Shown here piece after piece: positions 8,568-17,094 of a stretch of 64,000 bases of DNA. The stretch lies in NCBI GenBank assembly GCA_017550285.1, contig JAFZPP010000021.1, forward strand, positions 21,874 through 85,873, written 5' to 3'. The position numbers and the translations under genes are program-made. Below the pieces are notes generated by a model. It had not been told where the DNA came from, ran no database searches, and was given only the letters and a program-made list of their open reading frames with translations. How positions within the stretch are numbered: the stretch's first letter is position 1; each line of letters begins with the position of its first letter. The stretch comes from Oscillospiraceae bacterium (GTDB lineage Bacteria > Bacillota > Clostridia > Oscillospirales > Ruminococcaceae).

Positions 8568-9316
8568 ATAAGAAAGGCAAAGGAAATCTCCGGACGGAGG
8601 CAAAACCAAAGGTACCGCAAAGGTTCGGTACACTGCTTCCGCTGCTTGTATCATTCGAGTTTGCAGTTCTTATATGAATCCTGCGGCGTTTCCGTTCTGC
8701 ACAGTGCAGAAATCGTGAACGGCTGACAGCGTTGTCAGCATAGGATCCTGCCGCAAATTCTGATTCGGAAAGGATGCGTGAGACCAATGGACGCAATGGA
8801 AATTGTCCCATTCATTGGCGAAGGCTCGCGCGCAGTGGATTCTGTGTAACATAATTTGTATCCTTGCTTCCGGCTGACCGTGCAGCATCAAGCACGAAGT
8901 GCACCGGATATGCGGATACAGTTCCGATATGGAAGACGGCACAGAATTCAGCTGCTCGACGGAGTAGTGCGAAAGCAGTGCGTGTGCCGCAATGAAGCAG
9001 GAAGGTTGTAATCAGCAGACTGTGCAGTGGGTGCAGTCACCGGCGGAGACTCAGCAGCGTTTGATGAGTCGGTCAGCCGCCGTCAGAAATGTTGAAATCG
9101 CCAATGATGATATGGGAAGTGATCTTTACTCCGTGCGTCGGCAATCAGGTGCACGACTGGTTGGCGTCAGCTTGGGGACACCGGAGCGCATTCCCGTGAA
9201 TGTGAAGCAGTTCCCGCACAAACGCTCGCCTGAGCGTAGATATAGACTCTTTCTATACATCAAAATTGAATAAAAAATAAGGGGAGGCTCTGGCATGAGA
9301 GCCTCCTTTATTCTTT
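8568..9316 (+). ncRNA. candidate large (~740 nt) structured non-coding RNA, class unassigned
   Basis: The region runs from the consensus promoter to the terminator. It holds only short, RBS-less ORFs on mixed frames. Nested helices are dense, e.g. 8682-8687/8750-8755 enclosing three hairpins, 8938-8943/8983-8988 and 9040-9046/9077-9082. Confidence 0.4.
9272..9316. terminator. bidirectional intrinsic terminator
   Basis: Stem aaggggaggctc/gagcctcctt, with a T-rich tract on the + side and ttatttttt on the - side. It serves the candidate RNA (+) and the membrane-protein gene ending at 9322 (-). Confidence 0.7.
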
Positions 9317-9321
9317 GCTGT

Positions 9322-9927
9322 TCAGATTGTATTCTGACCGTGCGGCTTATAGTTTTCTTCGAGAATCCGCAGCAGCAGCGCCCTGTCCTCGGATTCCGGA
9401 ACCGGATGCTTGGCAGGCGTCATATTCCGCTTATGATACAGCAGCAACGTCTCGCCGCTGAAGGCGTAGCTGAATTTTTCGGCGGGGGTAAAATCATCCG
9501 GATAATATACGCCCTCCGCCGTGATATATTCATATTTGAATGCGGTCAGATCCAGCGTATGAATGATGCAGGAGAACGCCCAGAAGGCAAGGAGATACGA
9601 ATACCATTTGATCTTGACTTCATGGTTCGTGCGCAGGATTTCGCGGTGCTCTTCGACCGTCTGCGACGGAGGGCGTCCCGTACCGTCGCAGAGTCCGCTG
9701 TCGATCTCTTTGATTCGATCGGCTGCGAAATAAATGCTGCTGCCTGCGATGAAAATCCAGAGCACAGCGCAGATGAGATTGATAACTGCGGCGCGGCGGT
9801 CTTTCAGGACTTTGACGCGCTCCGGTTCCTGTTTGATCCGTCTGCCGAATTTGATATAGCGGTAAATTGTCCAGATAACCAATGCGGCAAGCAGAATCCA
9901 TGCTGCGATGTAGAGAATCGTTTTCAT
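9322..9927 (-). CDS. hypothetical membrane protein
   Basis: The start was trimmed to MKTILYIAAWILLAALVIW (RBS GAGGGA), which avoids overlap with the upstream gene. About four predicted TM segments. No family recognised. Confidence 0.65.
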   Translation of the reverse strand: MKTILYIAAWILLAALVIWTIYRYIKFGRRIKQEPERVKVLKDRRAAVINLICAVLWIFIAGSSIYFAADRIKEIDSGLCDGTGRPPSQTVEEHREILRTNHEVKIKWYSYLLAFWAFSCIIHTLDLTAFKYEYITAEGVYYPDDFTPAEKFSYAFSGETLLLYHKRNMTPAKHPVPESEDRALLLRILEENYKPHGQNTI

Positions 9928-9956
9928 ATGTGTTCCCTCGTTATGTTCTGATTGTA

Positions 9957-10922
9957 TCACTGCTGCGGATGCAGCGGAATAAAGCCTGTATCTGCGATGA
10001 TTTTCTGTGCCTCGTCGGACTGCATCCATTCGAGCAGCACCGGCAGATCGGGATGCGTATTGTGTCTGTCGTAAACCGCGAAAAAGCTGCTGACGACCGG
10101 ATAGCTGCCGTCTGCAATATGCGCCGGTGTCGGGGAGACCCCGTCCAGCGAGAGCATTTTGACGCCGCCGTTTCCGACGAGATCGGAGACATAATACCGG
10201 AAGGAGTATCCGATTGCGCTGCCGAGGAATCCGAACGGATTTGCGTGCATATCCTGCCCGTCCATGAAGGATTCCATGGCGCTCTGGCTGCCGCTGCCGG
10301 GATTGCGCTGCTTTGCGTCAATCGGCAGATGCTTTCCGCCGACCTGACTCCATGTATGCAGCTTGCCCGCATAAATATCGCGCACCTGCTGACAGCTTAA
10401 ATTCTCGACAGGATTGCTGCCGTTGACCAGAAAAACAAAGGCATCATAGCCGAGCGGGATAAAGTCAAGATCGGCGCCCTGCTCCTTTGCGTAGGCAAGC
10501 TGTGCATCCGAGGGCTTGACACAGACGGCAATGTCGATTGTTCCTTCCGCGATAGCCTGATATGCGCCGCGTGTGTTCGTGTACTGCATGGCGCTCTCCG
10601 GCGTAAAGCGCTCGCCGTCATAATGCACGCTGGATTCCGGATAAACCGCGTGAACAAAGGCGGAATATACCGGAAACAGTCCGGCTGCACCGTCAATGAC
10701 CGGCGGCTGCTCTGAAAGCGTCAGCGCAGAATCAACCGCAGCGATCTTTGAATTTGCATCAAACGGCAGATATTCCGAAACCTCGACGGATTTTGCCTGC
10801 ATTTCCGCACTGGTCTGATTATGGCAGCGTTTGGTCAGATTCTCATAGACTGTGAAATTGAATGCAGCAAAATACAATGCTGTTCCGAGCAGCGCTGCAA
10901 TTTGTTTTGTCAGTTTTTTCAT
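9957..10922 (-). CDS. PstS-family (PBP-like) substrate-binding protein, membrane anchored
   Basis: The start was trimmed to MKKLTKQIAALLG. Periplasmic-binding-fold signatures ...FLVNGSNPVENLS..QVRDIYAGK...NPGSGSQ... Confidence 0.65.
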   Translation of the reverse strand: MKKLTKQIAALLGTALYFAAFNFTVYENLTKRCHNQTSAEMQAKSVEVSEYLPFDANSKIAAVDSALTLSEQPPVIDGAAGLFPVYSAFVHAVYPESSVHYDGERFTPESAMQYTNTRGAYQAIAEGTIDIAVCVKPSDAQLAYAKEQGADLDFIPLGYDAFVFLVNGSNPVENLSCQQVRDIYAGKLHTWSQVGGKHLPIDAKQRNPGSGSQSAMESFMDGQDMHANPFGFLGSAIGYSFRYYVSDLVGNGGVKMLSLDGVSPTPAHIADGSYPVVSSFFAVYDRHNTHPDLPVLLEWMQSDEAQKIIADTGFIPLHPQQ

Positions 10923-10926
10923 TGTA

Positions 10927-11064
10927 TTACCGTCCGTTTGCAATGTAGGAGATGATCGAGCAGTTATCATAGAGATGCTTCGTATATATCAGCAGAAGCA
11001 GGCTTATGATGATTCCGGCGATGATGACTGCGGCAAGCAGTCTGTGAAAAGTACGTTCTTTCAT
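10927..11064 (-). CDS. possible 45-aa membrane peptide (not in the ORF track)
   Basis: An ATG preceded by GGGAAAGAG encodes MKERTFHRLLAAVIIAGIIISLLLLIYTKHLYDNCSIISYIANGR*. The ORF fits exactly between neighbouring genes of the same operon. Confidence 0.35.
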   Translation of the reverse strand: MKERTFHRLLAAVIIAGIIISLLLLIYTKHLYDNCSIISYIANGR

Positions 11065-11073
11065 CTCTTTCCC

Positions 11074-11295
11074 TCACATATGCCGGAGACCTTCGGCAAA
11101 CCATGCGATCATCAGACCGTCCAGAATCGCCGTGATCGCCGTCAGCACAAGCAGTATGATCAGTCTTTTGCGCAGCGGTTCGCGCTCGGGGGCATCCTTC
11201 GGCAACTTGCAAAGCTGAATCAGCGTGACAGCCGACCAGATGAAAAATACAAACGGTGAGAATAGAATCACAGGCATGATCACTATACTCAGCAT
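11074..11295 (-). CDS. small two-TM membrane protein
   Basis: RBS AAAGGAGGG. The sequence is hydrophobic (MLSIVIMPVILFSPFVFFIW...). First gene of the minus-strand operon, behind a TTGAAA-17-TATAAT promoter at ~11330-11358. Confidence 0.6.
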   Translation of the reverse strand: MLSIVIMPVILFSPFVFFIWSAVTLIQLCKLPKDAPEREPLRKRLIILLVLTAITAILDGLMIAWFAEGLRHM

Positions 11296-11416
11296 CGGAA
11301 ACCCTCCTTTGGTTTATATTGCAGCTTTATTATACCACATTTTTCGCTGGATTTCAAGCAGACAGATAAAGAATTCGGAAGGCGGAAGTCTTTGATGCGT
11401 GGGAAGCTGCGGAATA

Positions 11417-11512
11417 TGGAGCAGGAAGGAGGGAGGAGAAGGGAGGAAGGCGGAGGTAGGAAGGAGGAAGTATTGAGGAGTGAGGAGATAGGAGTGAGGA
11501 GTTGTGGTATCC
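11417..11512. repeat. polypurine (GGA/GGAGG-rich) tract, about 90 percent purine on the + strand
   Basis: ggagcaggaaggagggaggagaagggaggaaggcggaggtaggaaggaggaag...gtgaggagataggagtgaggag. It lies between divergent promoters. A small hairpin atccgc-ttc-gcggat plus gattttg follows at ~11519-11540. Confidence 0.8.
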
Positions 11513-11564
11513 GCTTCGCGGATGATTTTGAAATATGGAGGAAGGAAAAGGGCGAATCACAAAA

Positions 11565-11607
11565 CCTGCCGGCGGGCTTTAGATCCATTCAGGCGGGCGT
11601 TGCCCGC
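11565..11607. repeat. GC-palindrome/GATCTAAAG dispersed repeat, copy A (inverted orientation)
   Basis: cctgccggcgggctttagatccattcaggcgggcgttgcccgc. It abuts the -35 box of the FHA-operon promoter. Confidence 0.75.
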
Positions 11608-11636
11608 TTGACAATCGGGCGGAGTTATGGTATACT
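11608..11636 (+). promoter_or_regulatory. promoter of the FHA-RodA-PBP operon
   Basis: TTGACA, 17 nt spacer, TATACT, with TGG as an extended -10. Confidence 0.55.
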
Positions 11637-11687
11637 CATTAGGAAAATGCGAGATCAATCACTTTATAAATAGAAAGGTGTGCTGAC

Positions 11688-12137
11688 ATGGACTTTACGC
11701 TTCTCTTTGAGCGTTACCCCTTCTTTCGGGAAGCGGCAACTGCTTTCGTCGTCATATTCGTTGATATCTGCGCGCTGGTGATTCTGATTGCAGCGGGCAG
11801 GGAGCGCCGCCGCGGTGACCGCCGCTGGGCGAAGGAGGGCAGAGGCTATATGCTTGCCTGCGCCGGCGAGCTCTATCCGCTCGGTGCGGCGGAGGTACTG
11901 ATCGGCAGACATCCCTCTGCGGATATTCAGTTTCCCGATACCGAAATCTCACGCTTTCATGCGCTGCTGACGCTCTCGGACGGAAAATGGCGCATCGAGG
12001 ATATCGGCGCGCATAACGGCGTCCTCGTCAACGGCAGGAAGATTACCAAGCCCTGCACGCTGCATCTCAATGATTCCATTACAATCGGCAGCCGCAGACT
12101 GGTTGTCATCAAGGGCGACGGAAAGGATGTGGCATAA
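11688..12137 (+). CDS. FHA domain-containing membrane protein
   Basis: N-terminal TM segment, then an FHA core ...LIGRHPSADIQFPDTEISRFHALL...WRIEDIGAHNGVLVNG... Confidence 0.85.
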   Translation: MDFTLLFERYPFFREAATAFVVIFVDICALVILIAAGRERRRGDRRWAKEGRGYMLACAGELYPLGAAEVLIGRHPSADIQFPDTEISRFHALLTLSDGKWRIEDIGAHNGVLVNGRKITKPCTLHLNDSITIGSRRLVVIKGDGKDVA

Positions 12138-13405
12138 TGGCAAAGAGCTCCAAACCGCTTTCGCATCCGTTTCTGTTTCTGCTTGTGCTGCTTGCGCATT
12201 CGGCGATGATGCTGCTCGTTGCCTGCTCCTTCGGCATTACGCCCGAGGTACTGAAAATGGCATGCGCCGTTCTGACAGCAGATTTTGTCGGCTCGATTAT
12301 TCTCGCAATCGTCAACCGCGAAGCATGTACCGTCGATACCGTGCTGCTGCTGGTCATTGGCATGAGCACGATCTATCAGTCCTGCTTCGGCGGCTTATCC
12401 TTTGCTGTCAAGCATTTTGTCTTCGGCATCGCGGCATTCGTGATGTGTCAGATTTCCTATGCCGTGACGCGCAATCCCTACCGTGCCGAGCGCCTGAAAC
12501 CGCTTTGGTACGGCATGTTCTTTGCACTTGTGGCGGCGATTTTCTTCCTGACAGGCAGCCGCGGCATCTGGATTGATCTCGGTCCGATCACGATTCAGCC
12601 CTCGGAATTTGTCAAGCCTGTCTTCGTGCTGATCTGTGCAAGCTCCGTGCGGACACAGCTCCATAAATCTGAGATCGCAGGCATTCACTTTGTACCGGAC
12701 AATCTGATGCTGATTTTCTGCACGATCGTGATTGCGGCGCTGCAATGGTGGTGCAGAGACCTCGGCTCGCTGCCGACCTTTGTCGCAATCGCAGGCTGCG
12801 GCATTCTGCTGCGCTTCTGCTATCTGCGCGAGAAAATCTCGGTGCGTCTCATGGTATTTCTCGGCGCATGTGCGGTAATGGCAGTTGTATTCGCATGGAA
12901 GCTCGCGCCGGAATACGTGCAGGCGCGTTTGCATTCCGATATCTGGGCGGATATGTCCGGCTCCGGTTATCAGCAGGTCAAGGCGCTGACGGCAATCGCA
13001 GAAGGCGGCTGGTTCGGCAAGGGCGCCGGCAACGGCACGCTGATTCATGTTGCCGCATCGCGCACCGATATCGTATTCTCAACAATCTGTGAGGAATGGG
13101 GACTGTTTACCGGCATGATGACGGTTGTTCTGGTTCTGTTCCTGCCCGGCTCGATCCTGACGGTTCCGCCGCGCAGCTATTATCATTCCGGTCTGGCGGT
13201 CGGCGTGGCTGCGGCGTTTATTGTGCAGATGGCGCTCAATATCTTCGGCTCCTGCAATGTGATCCCGTTCACGGGCGTGACGATCCCGTTTATTTCGCAG
13301 GGCGGCAGTTCCATGCTGGCGAGCGGCATTCTCGCAGGCTTTCTGAAGGCGGCGCAGGCTCCGGTTCTGACGGAGAAAACCGCGCCGAAGAAGGAGGGCA
13401 GATAA
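12137..13405 (+). CDS. FtsW/RodA/SpoVE-family peptidoglycan glycosyltransferase
   Basis: Polytopic membrane protein with ...IQPSEFVKP..., ...TDIVFS...EEWG... and ...PFISQGGSS... motifs. The start overlaps the FHA stop (ATAATG). Confidence 0.9.
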   Translation: MAKSSKPLSHPFLFLLVLLAHSAMMLLVACSFGITPEVLKMACAVLTADFVGSIILAIVNREACTVDTVLLLVIGMSTIYQSCFGGLSFAVKHFVFGIAAFVMCQISYAVTRNPYRAERLKPLWYGMFFALVAAIFFLTGSRGIWIDLGPITIQPSEFVKPVFVLICASSVRTQLHKSEIAGIHFVPDNLMLIFCTIVIAALQWWCRDLGSLPTFVAIAGCGILLRFCYLREKISVRLMVFLGACAVMAVVFAWKLAPEYVQARLHSDIWADMSGSGYQQVKALTAIAEGGWFGKGAGNGTLIHVAASRTDIVFSTICEEWGLFTGMMTVVLVLFLPGSILTVPPRSYYHSGLAVGVAAAFIVQMALNIFGSCNVIPFTGVTIPFISQGGSSMLASGILAGFLKAAQAPVLTEKTAPKKEGR

Positions 13406-13406
13406 T

Positions 13407-14831
13407 ATGGCACAAAGACAGCAGCTCCGGCAGCGTCCGCCGATTCCGGCGCTCGATGTATCCGCGCCGCGCAGCATGCGCAGAGCCGGAAAATGGACAG
13501 CACTCTTCCTGACCGCATTTATCATCGGGCTGATTTATCTCGGCTGGCGGCTGATTTCACAGTCTGCATTTTATATGGCAAAATCCGGACAGGCAACCTA
13601 CGGCAAAGTCACGGATCGTACCGGCGATGTGCTTTTTGACGGCACGCAGCCGCTGAACAATTATGAATGGGGACATTTCGCCGATGTCGGCAATCTGATC
13701 GGCGATACGAGCGGTCAGATGAGCAATACAGTTGTTGCGCGCAATCTGAGTGACCTTGTCAATTACAGCTTCACCTACGGCTCCGGCGCGGATGCGGCTG
13801 TGCTCGAAACAACGCTCCTGCACCGTGCAAACCGCGCGGTCTATGATGCATACGGCACGAAGAACGGTACGACAATCGCCTATAACTGGAAGACCGGCGA
13901 GGTGTATGTCTGCGTGAGCCGTCCCTGCGTCGATATTGCGCAGGGCTATGCGCATATCGCGGAAATGGCGGAGGGCAGTCTGCTCTGCAAGGCGTTCTGT
14001 CCGACCGTGCCCGGCTCGACGCAGAAGGTCTCGACGCTGCTTGCGGCATATCAGTCCGCAGGCGTGGATACGGTCAACGGGCAGCAGTTTACCTGTTCCG
14101 GTTCATGGACAAATCCGAACGGCGATGTCATCAAATGTCATCAGGACTACGGTCACGGTACGCAGGATCTGGCTGCGGCATTCGCAAACAGCTGCAATCC
14201 CTATTTTGCACAGCTTGTACAGTCCGGCATTGTGCCGCTCTCCGATATCATCACAAGCTATACGCGCATGGGCTATGCGGTCAACGGTGAGAAGGCAGAG
14301 CCGCTGAATCTGAACGGTATCGTCATTCAGCCCGCCTCGACAACGCTGACTGATAAAGACCAGTTTGAGACGGAATGGGGCGCACTCGGACAGGGCAAAA
14401 CGCTCGTCAGCCCTTTTCAGCTCATGCTCTGGCAGGGTGCAATCGCAAACGGCACCGGTACGGCAGTCAAGCCGTATCTGCTCAGTTCCAAGACCACTGC
14501 CGATCACAAGCAGATATCGCTTGCGTCGCATCTGCATACCGATCAGTTATTTACACCGGCTGCGGCAAAGGCAGTGCAGGAGGTCATGACGAAAAATGCG
14601 GCGGAGCATTACTATGTTTCGCTCGGCAACTATACCTGCGGCGTCAAGAGCGGTACCGCACAGGTCAGCGACGACGGCAGAAAGTATGAGAATTCGCTGC
14701 TGGTCGGCTACTGTCTCGATGAAAGCTGTCCGGTTGCATTCTGCATTCTGATCGAGGAGCGCGAGAGCTGGGATATCACGACGGCACAGATTGCCAAGGT
14801 GCTGCTTGATTCGCTCACCGGCAGCATATAA
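13407..14831 (+). CDS. penicillin-binding protein (class B-like transpeptidase)
   Basis: SxxK (STQK), SxN (SCN) and KSGT motifs are all present. Confidence 0.85.
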   Translation: MAQRQQLRQRPPIPALDVSAPRSMRRAGKWTALFLTAFIIGLIYLGWRLISQSAFYMAKSGQATYGKVTDRTGDVLFDGTQPLNNYEWGHFADVGNLIGDTSGQMSNTVVARNLSDLVNYSFTYGSGADAAVLETTLLHRANRAVYDAYGTKNGTTIAYNWKTGEVYVCVSRPCVDIAQGYAHIAEMAEGSLLCKAFCPTVPGSTQKVSTLLAAYQSAGVDTVNGQQFTCSGSWTNPNGDVIKCHQDYGHGTQDLAAAFANSCNPYFAQLVQSGIVPLSDIITSYTRMGYAVNGEKAEPLNLNGIVIQPASTTLTDKDQFETEWGALGQGKTLVSPFQLMLWQGAIANGTGTAVKPYLLSSKTTADHKQISLASHLHTDQLFTPAAAKAVQEVMTKNAAEHYYVSLGNYTCGVKSGTAQVSDDGRKYENSLLVGYCLDESCPVAFCILIEERESWDITTAQIAKVLLDSLTGSI

Positions 14832-14841
14832 GGAGAAAAAT

Positions 14842-17067
14842 ATGAAACTCCGCAGCGGATTTCAAATTTTGATACCGGCGGCAGCAGCGCTGTGCTTCGC
14901 CGGTATTTCCGTATTCCTTTGCAGCGCCGAGGATACACCGGCAGTCAGCCTGTCGGTTTCCGGCGTGTTTCCGCAGCCGGACGCGGCATCGGCGCAGGTG
15001 CATATGACTTATATTGACTGGGATCACAGCTGGTATCTCTTCCTGCCTGCGTCTGCCGACCGCGCGCATCTGACCGTTTCCTATGAAGTGTCCGGTGATG
15101 CGAAGCTGCTGCTCAATCAGCAGGAGATCATATCCGGCGCGGAGACTGACCTGCTCGGCAGCGCGGATACATTTACCTTGCAGGCGGGGGAGCATAATCT
15201 CGGGACGCTGCATGTGATGCAGTCGAATCTCGGGTGCATGTATGTCTCACTGCCGCCGGACGGGCTCGGTATGCTGACGCAGGAGAAGGAAACGGCGGTC
15301 ACCGGCGATGCGCTGATGCTCGGTGCGGACGGTTCCGTGCAGTATCGGGGGGCGCTTGAAAAGATCAAGGGGCGCGGCAATTCCTCATGGTATTACGCGG
15401 AGGAAAAAAAACCCTATAATTTCAAGCTGCCGGAGAAAACGGCGCTTTTCGGCATGGGCGCTGCAAAAAAATGGTCGTTGCTGAGCAATTATCTCGATCA
15501 TGCGATGCTGCGCAATGAAATTGCTTTTGCGATGAGCCGGAATGCAGGGCTGACCTTTACGCCGGATGCCGTGTTCATTGATCTGTATCTGGACGGCGAT
15601 TACCGCGGGGTGTATCAGCTGACCGAGCGCGTGCAGGTGCATCCGGAACGTGTCGGGATTACCGATCTGGAAAAGGCGACGCAGGCGCTGAATGAAAAGC
15701 CGCTCGGGGAATACCGCAGGCAGACTGTCGGCGGCACGCTCAACGGCGAGGAGAACGGCAGTTATCAGTATTATGAGATTCCGAATGATCCTGAAGATAT
15801 CACCGGCGGCTATCTGCTGGAGTTTCAGGTGCGCAGCCGCGCCAAGAACGGTGAATTCGTGACGGACCGCGGCGTGATTTTTGATGTATGTTCGCCGGAA
15901 TATGCATCGAAGGCGCAGACGGAATACATCCGCGGATTTGTGCAGGCGCTGGAGGATGCGGTTTATTCCGATACCGGCTGCAACAGTCTCGGCAGACATT
16001 ACAGCGAATATCTCGATGTCGATTCGCTTGCGCTCGGGTATCTGATACAGGAGATTACCGAAAATACGGACGGCTTTACAACGAGCTTCTATTTCTATAA
16101 GGAATCCGATCTGACCGGAGACGGCAAGCTGCATTACGGTCCGGTCTGGGATTTTGACCTTGCGTTTCAGAATTACAGCATGGCGGTCACCGATCCGGAC
16201 GGTGAAACACATTATTCGGTTGTGCCGGAAACAATCTATGCGCGCTATGTGCCCGTCAGCGGTTATTCGCCGGAGACTGCGCCGCTGACCGGCATCACCG
16301 ACCGTTCATGGATTCTGCGGCTCTGGGGGGATGATGCATTTGCGCGGCGTGCGGCGCTGCTCTATGAGCAGAAATTTGATGCGTATCTTGCAGCGCTGAC
16401 CGATCCCTCCGGCGGCATCATGCAGATGCGTGACGCGATTGCGCCTGCCGCGGAAATGAACCGCATCCGCTGGCATATGTTCGGCGGAAAGCCCTATAAG
16501 CCGATCGGTCCGGAAAACGGGACGACCTATGCGGAATGTGTGGAGTATATCCGCAGCAATCTTGCAAAGCGGCGCGCTTTTCTGCATGATGCATTTCTTG
16601 CGGAGACCGTGCAGCGCTGTCTTGCTTCGCTGACCCGTCAGACAACAGGGCGCCTCACGGAATATGATACCGAGGAGCAGAAAACGGTTTCCGTGCTGAA
16701 AAAATCGGTGTCGGACAAGCTGAAAGCGGCAGAATCCTCTGCGGCGGCGGAGCAGCTCATGCAGGATGCGGAACGGGAGCTTGCTGCGATTCCGCGTGCA
16801 TTCCGCTGCGGCGATTTCAACGATGACGGGACGGTCTCGCTGGAGGATGCGCAGATGCTGCTGATTTACTATGCAGAGACCGTTGCAGGCAATCCCGTGA
16901 CGCTCACCGCAACGCAGCGCCGCAACGGCGACACCGATCAGAACGGCGCGTTGGACGTTGCCGATGCAATGCATATTCTGCTGCATTATACGGCAGAGCT
17001 TTCCGGTACGGACTATCCGCTGCCGGTTTCAGAAGAAAACAAAACAGCCGCAGGACCGGATGAATAA
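14842..17067 (+). CDS. CotH kinase-family protein with C-terminal dockerin
   Basis: The start was trimmed to MKLRSGFQILIPAAAALCFAG (signal peptide). CotH signatures KGRGNSSW...KKPYNFKL...KKWSLLSNYLD...YRGVYQLTERV. Dockerin GDFNDDGTVSLEDAQMLL...GDTDQNGALDVADAMHIL. Confidence 0.85.
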   Translation: MKLRSGFQILIPAAAALCFAGISVFLCSAEDTPAVSLSVSGVFPQPDAASAQVHMTYIDWDHSWYLFLPASADRAHLTVSYEVSGDAKLLLNQQEIISGAETDLLGSADTFTLQAGEHNLGTLHVMQSNLGCMYVSLPPDGLGMLTQEKETAVTGDALMLGADGSVQYRGALEKIKGRGNSSWYYAEEKKPYNFKLPEKTALFGMGAAKKWSLLSNYLDHAMLRNEIAFAMSRNAGLTFTPDAVFIDLYLDGDYRGVYQLTERVQVHPERVGITDLEKATQALNEKPLGEYRRQTVGGTLNGEENGSYQYYEIPNDPEDITGGYLLEFQVRSRAKNGEFVTDRGVIFDVCSPEYASKAQTEYIRGFVQALEDAVYSDTGCNSLGRHYSEYLDVDSLALGYLIQEITENTDGFTTSFYFYKESDLTGDGKLHYGPVWDFDLAFQNYSMAVTDPDGETHYSVVPETIYARYVPVSGYSPETAPLTGITDRSWILRLWGDDAFARRAALLYEQKFDAYLAALTDPSGGIMQMRDAIAPAAEMNRIRWHMFGGKPYKPIGPENGTTYAECVEYIRSNLAKRRAFLHDAFLAETVQRCLASLTRQTTGRLTEYDTEEQKTVSVLKKSVSDKLKAAESSAAAEQLMQDAERELAAIPRAFRCGDFNDDGTVSLEDAQMLLIYYAETVAGNPVTLTATQRRNGDTDQNGALDVADAMHILLHYTAELSGTDYPLPVSEENKTAAGPDE

Positions 17068-17094
17068 CGGTTCTGCGGCTGTTGATGTTTGCTG

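Noticed and set aside
8568-9316. Possibility that the ORF-free region is RNase P RNA, tmRNA, SRP/4.5S RNA, 6S RNA or an ORF-less group II intron.
   Set aside because: - RNase P: the best look-alikes (aaaggaaaucuccggac, cacagaauucagcug) do not match GAGGAAAGUCC / ACAGAAnnCGGCUUA and cannot pair as P4.
- tmRNA: there is no tRNA-like CCA-proximal end and no tag ORF.
- SRP RNA: there is no GGAAGCAGC domain IV.
- 6S RNA: there is no 5'/3' closing helix of that size.
- Group II intron: there is no domain V consensus.
11289-11673. ORFs 11289-11588 (-), 11354-11560 (-) and 11392-11673 (+) across the polypurine tract.
   Set aside because: Their translations are low-complexity (EEGGRRKEE... and SSLLPPSS...), an artefact of the purine/pyrimidine bias. 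None has an RBS, and the region lies between divergent promoters.
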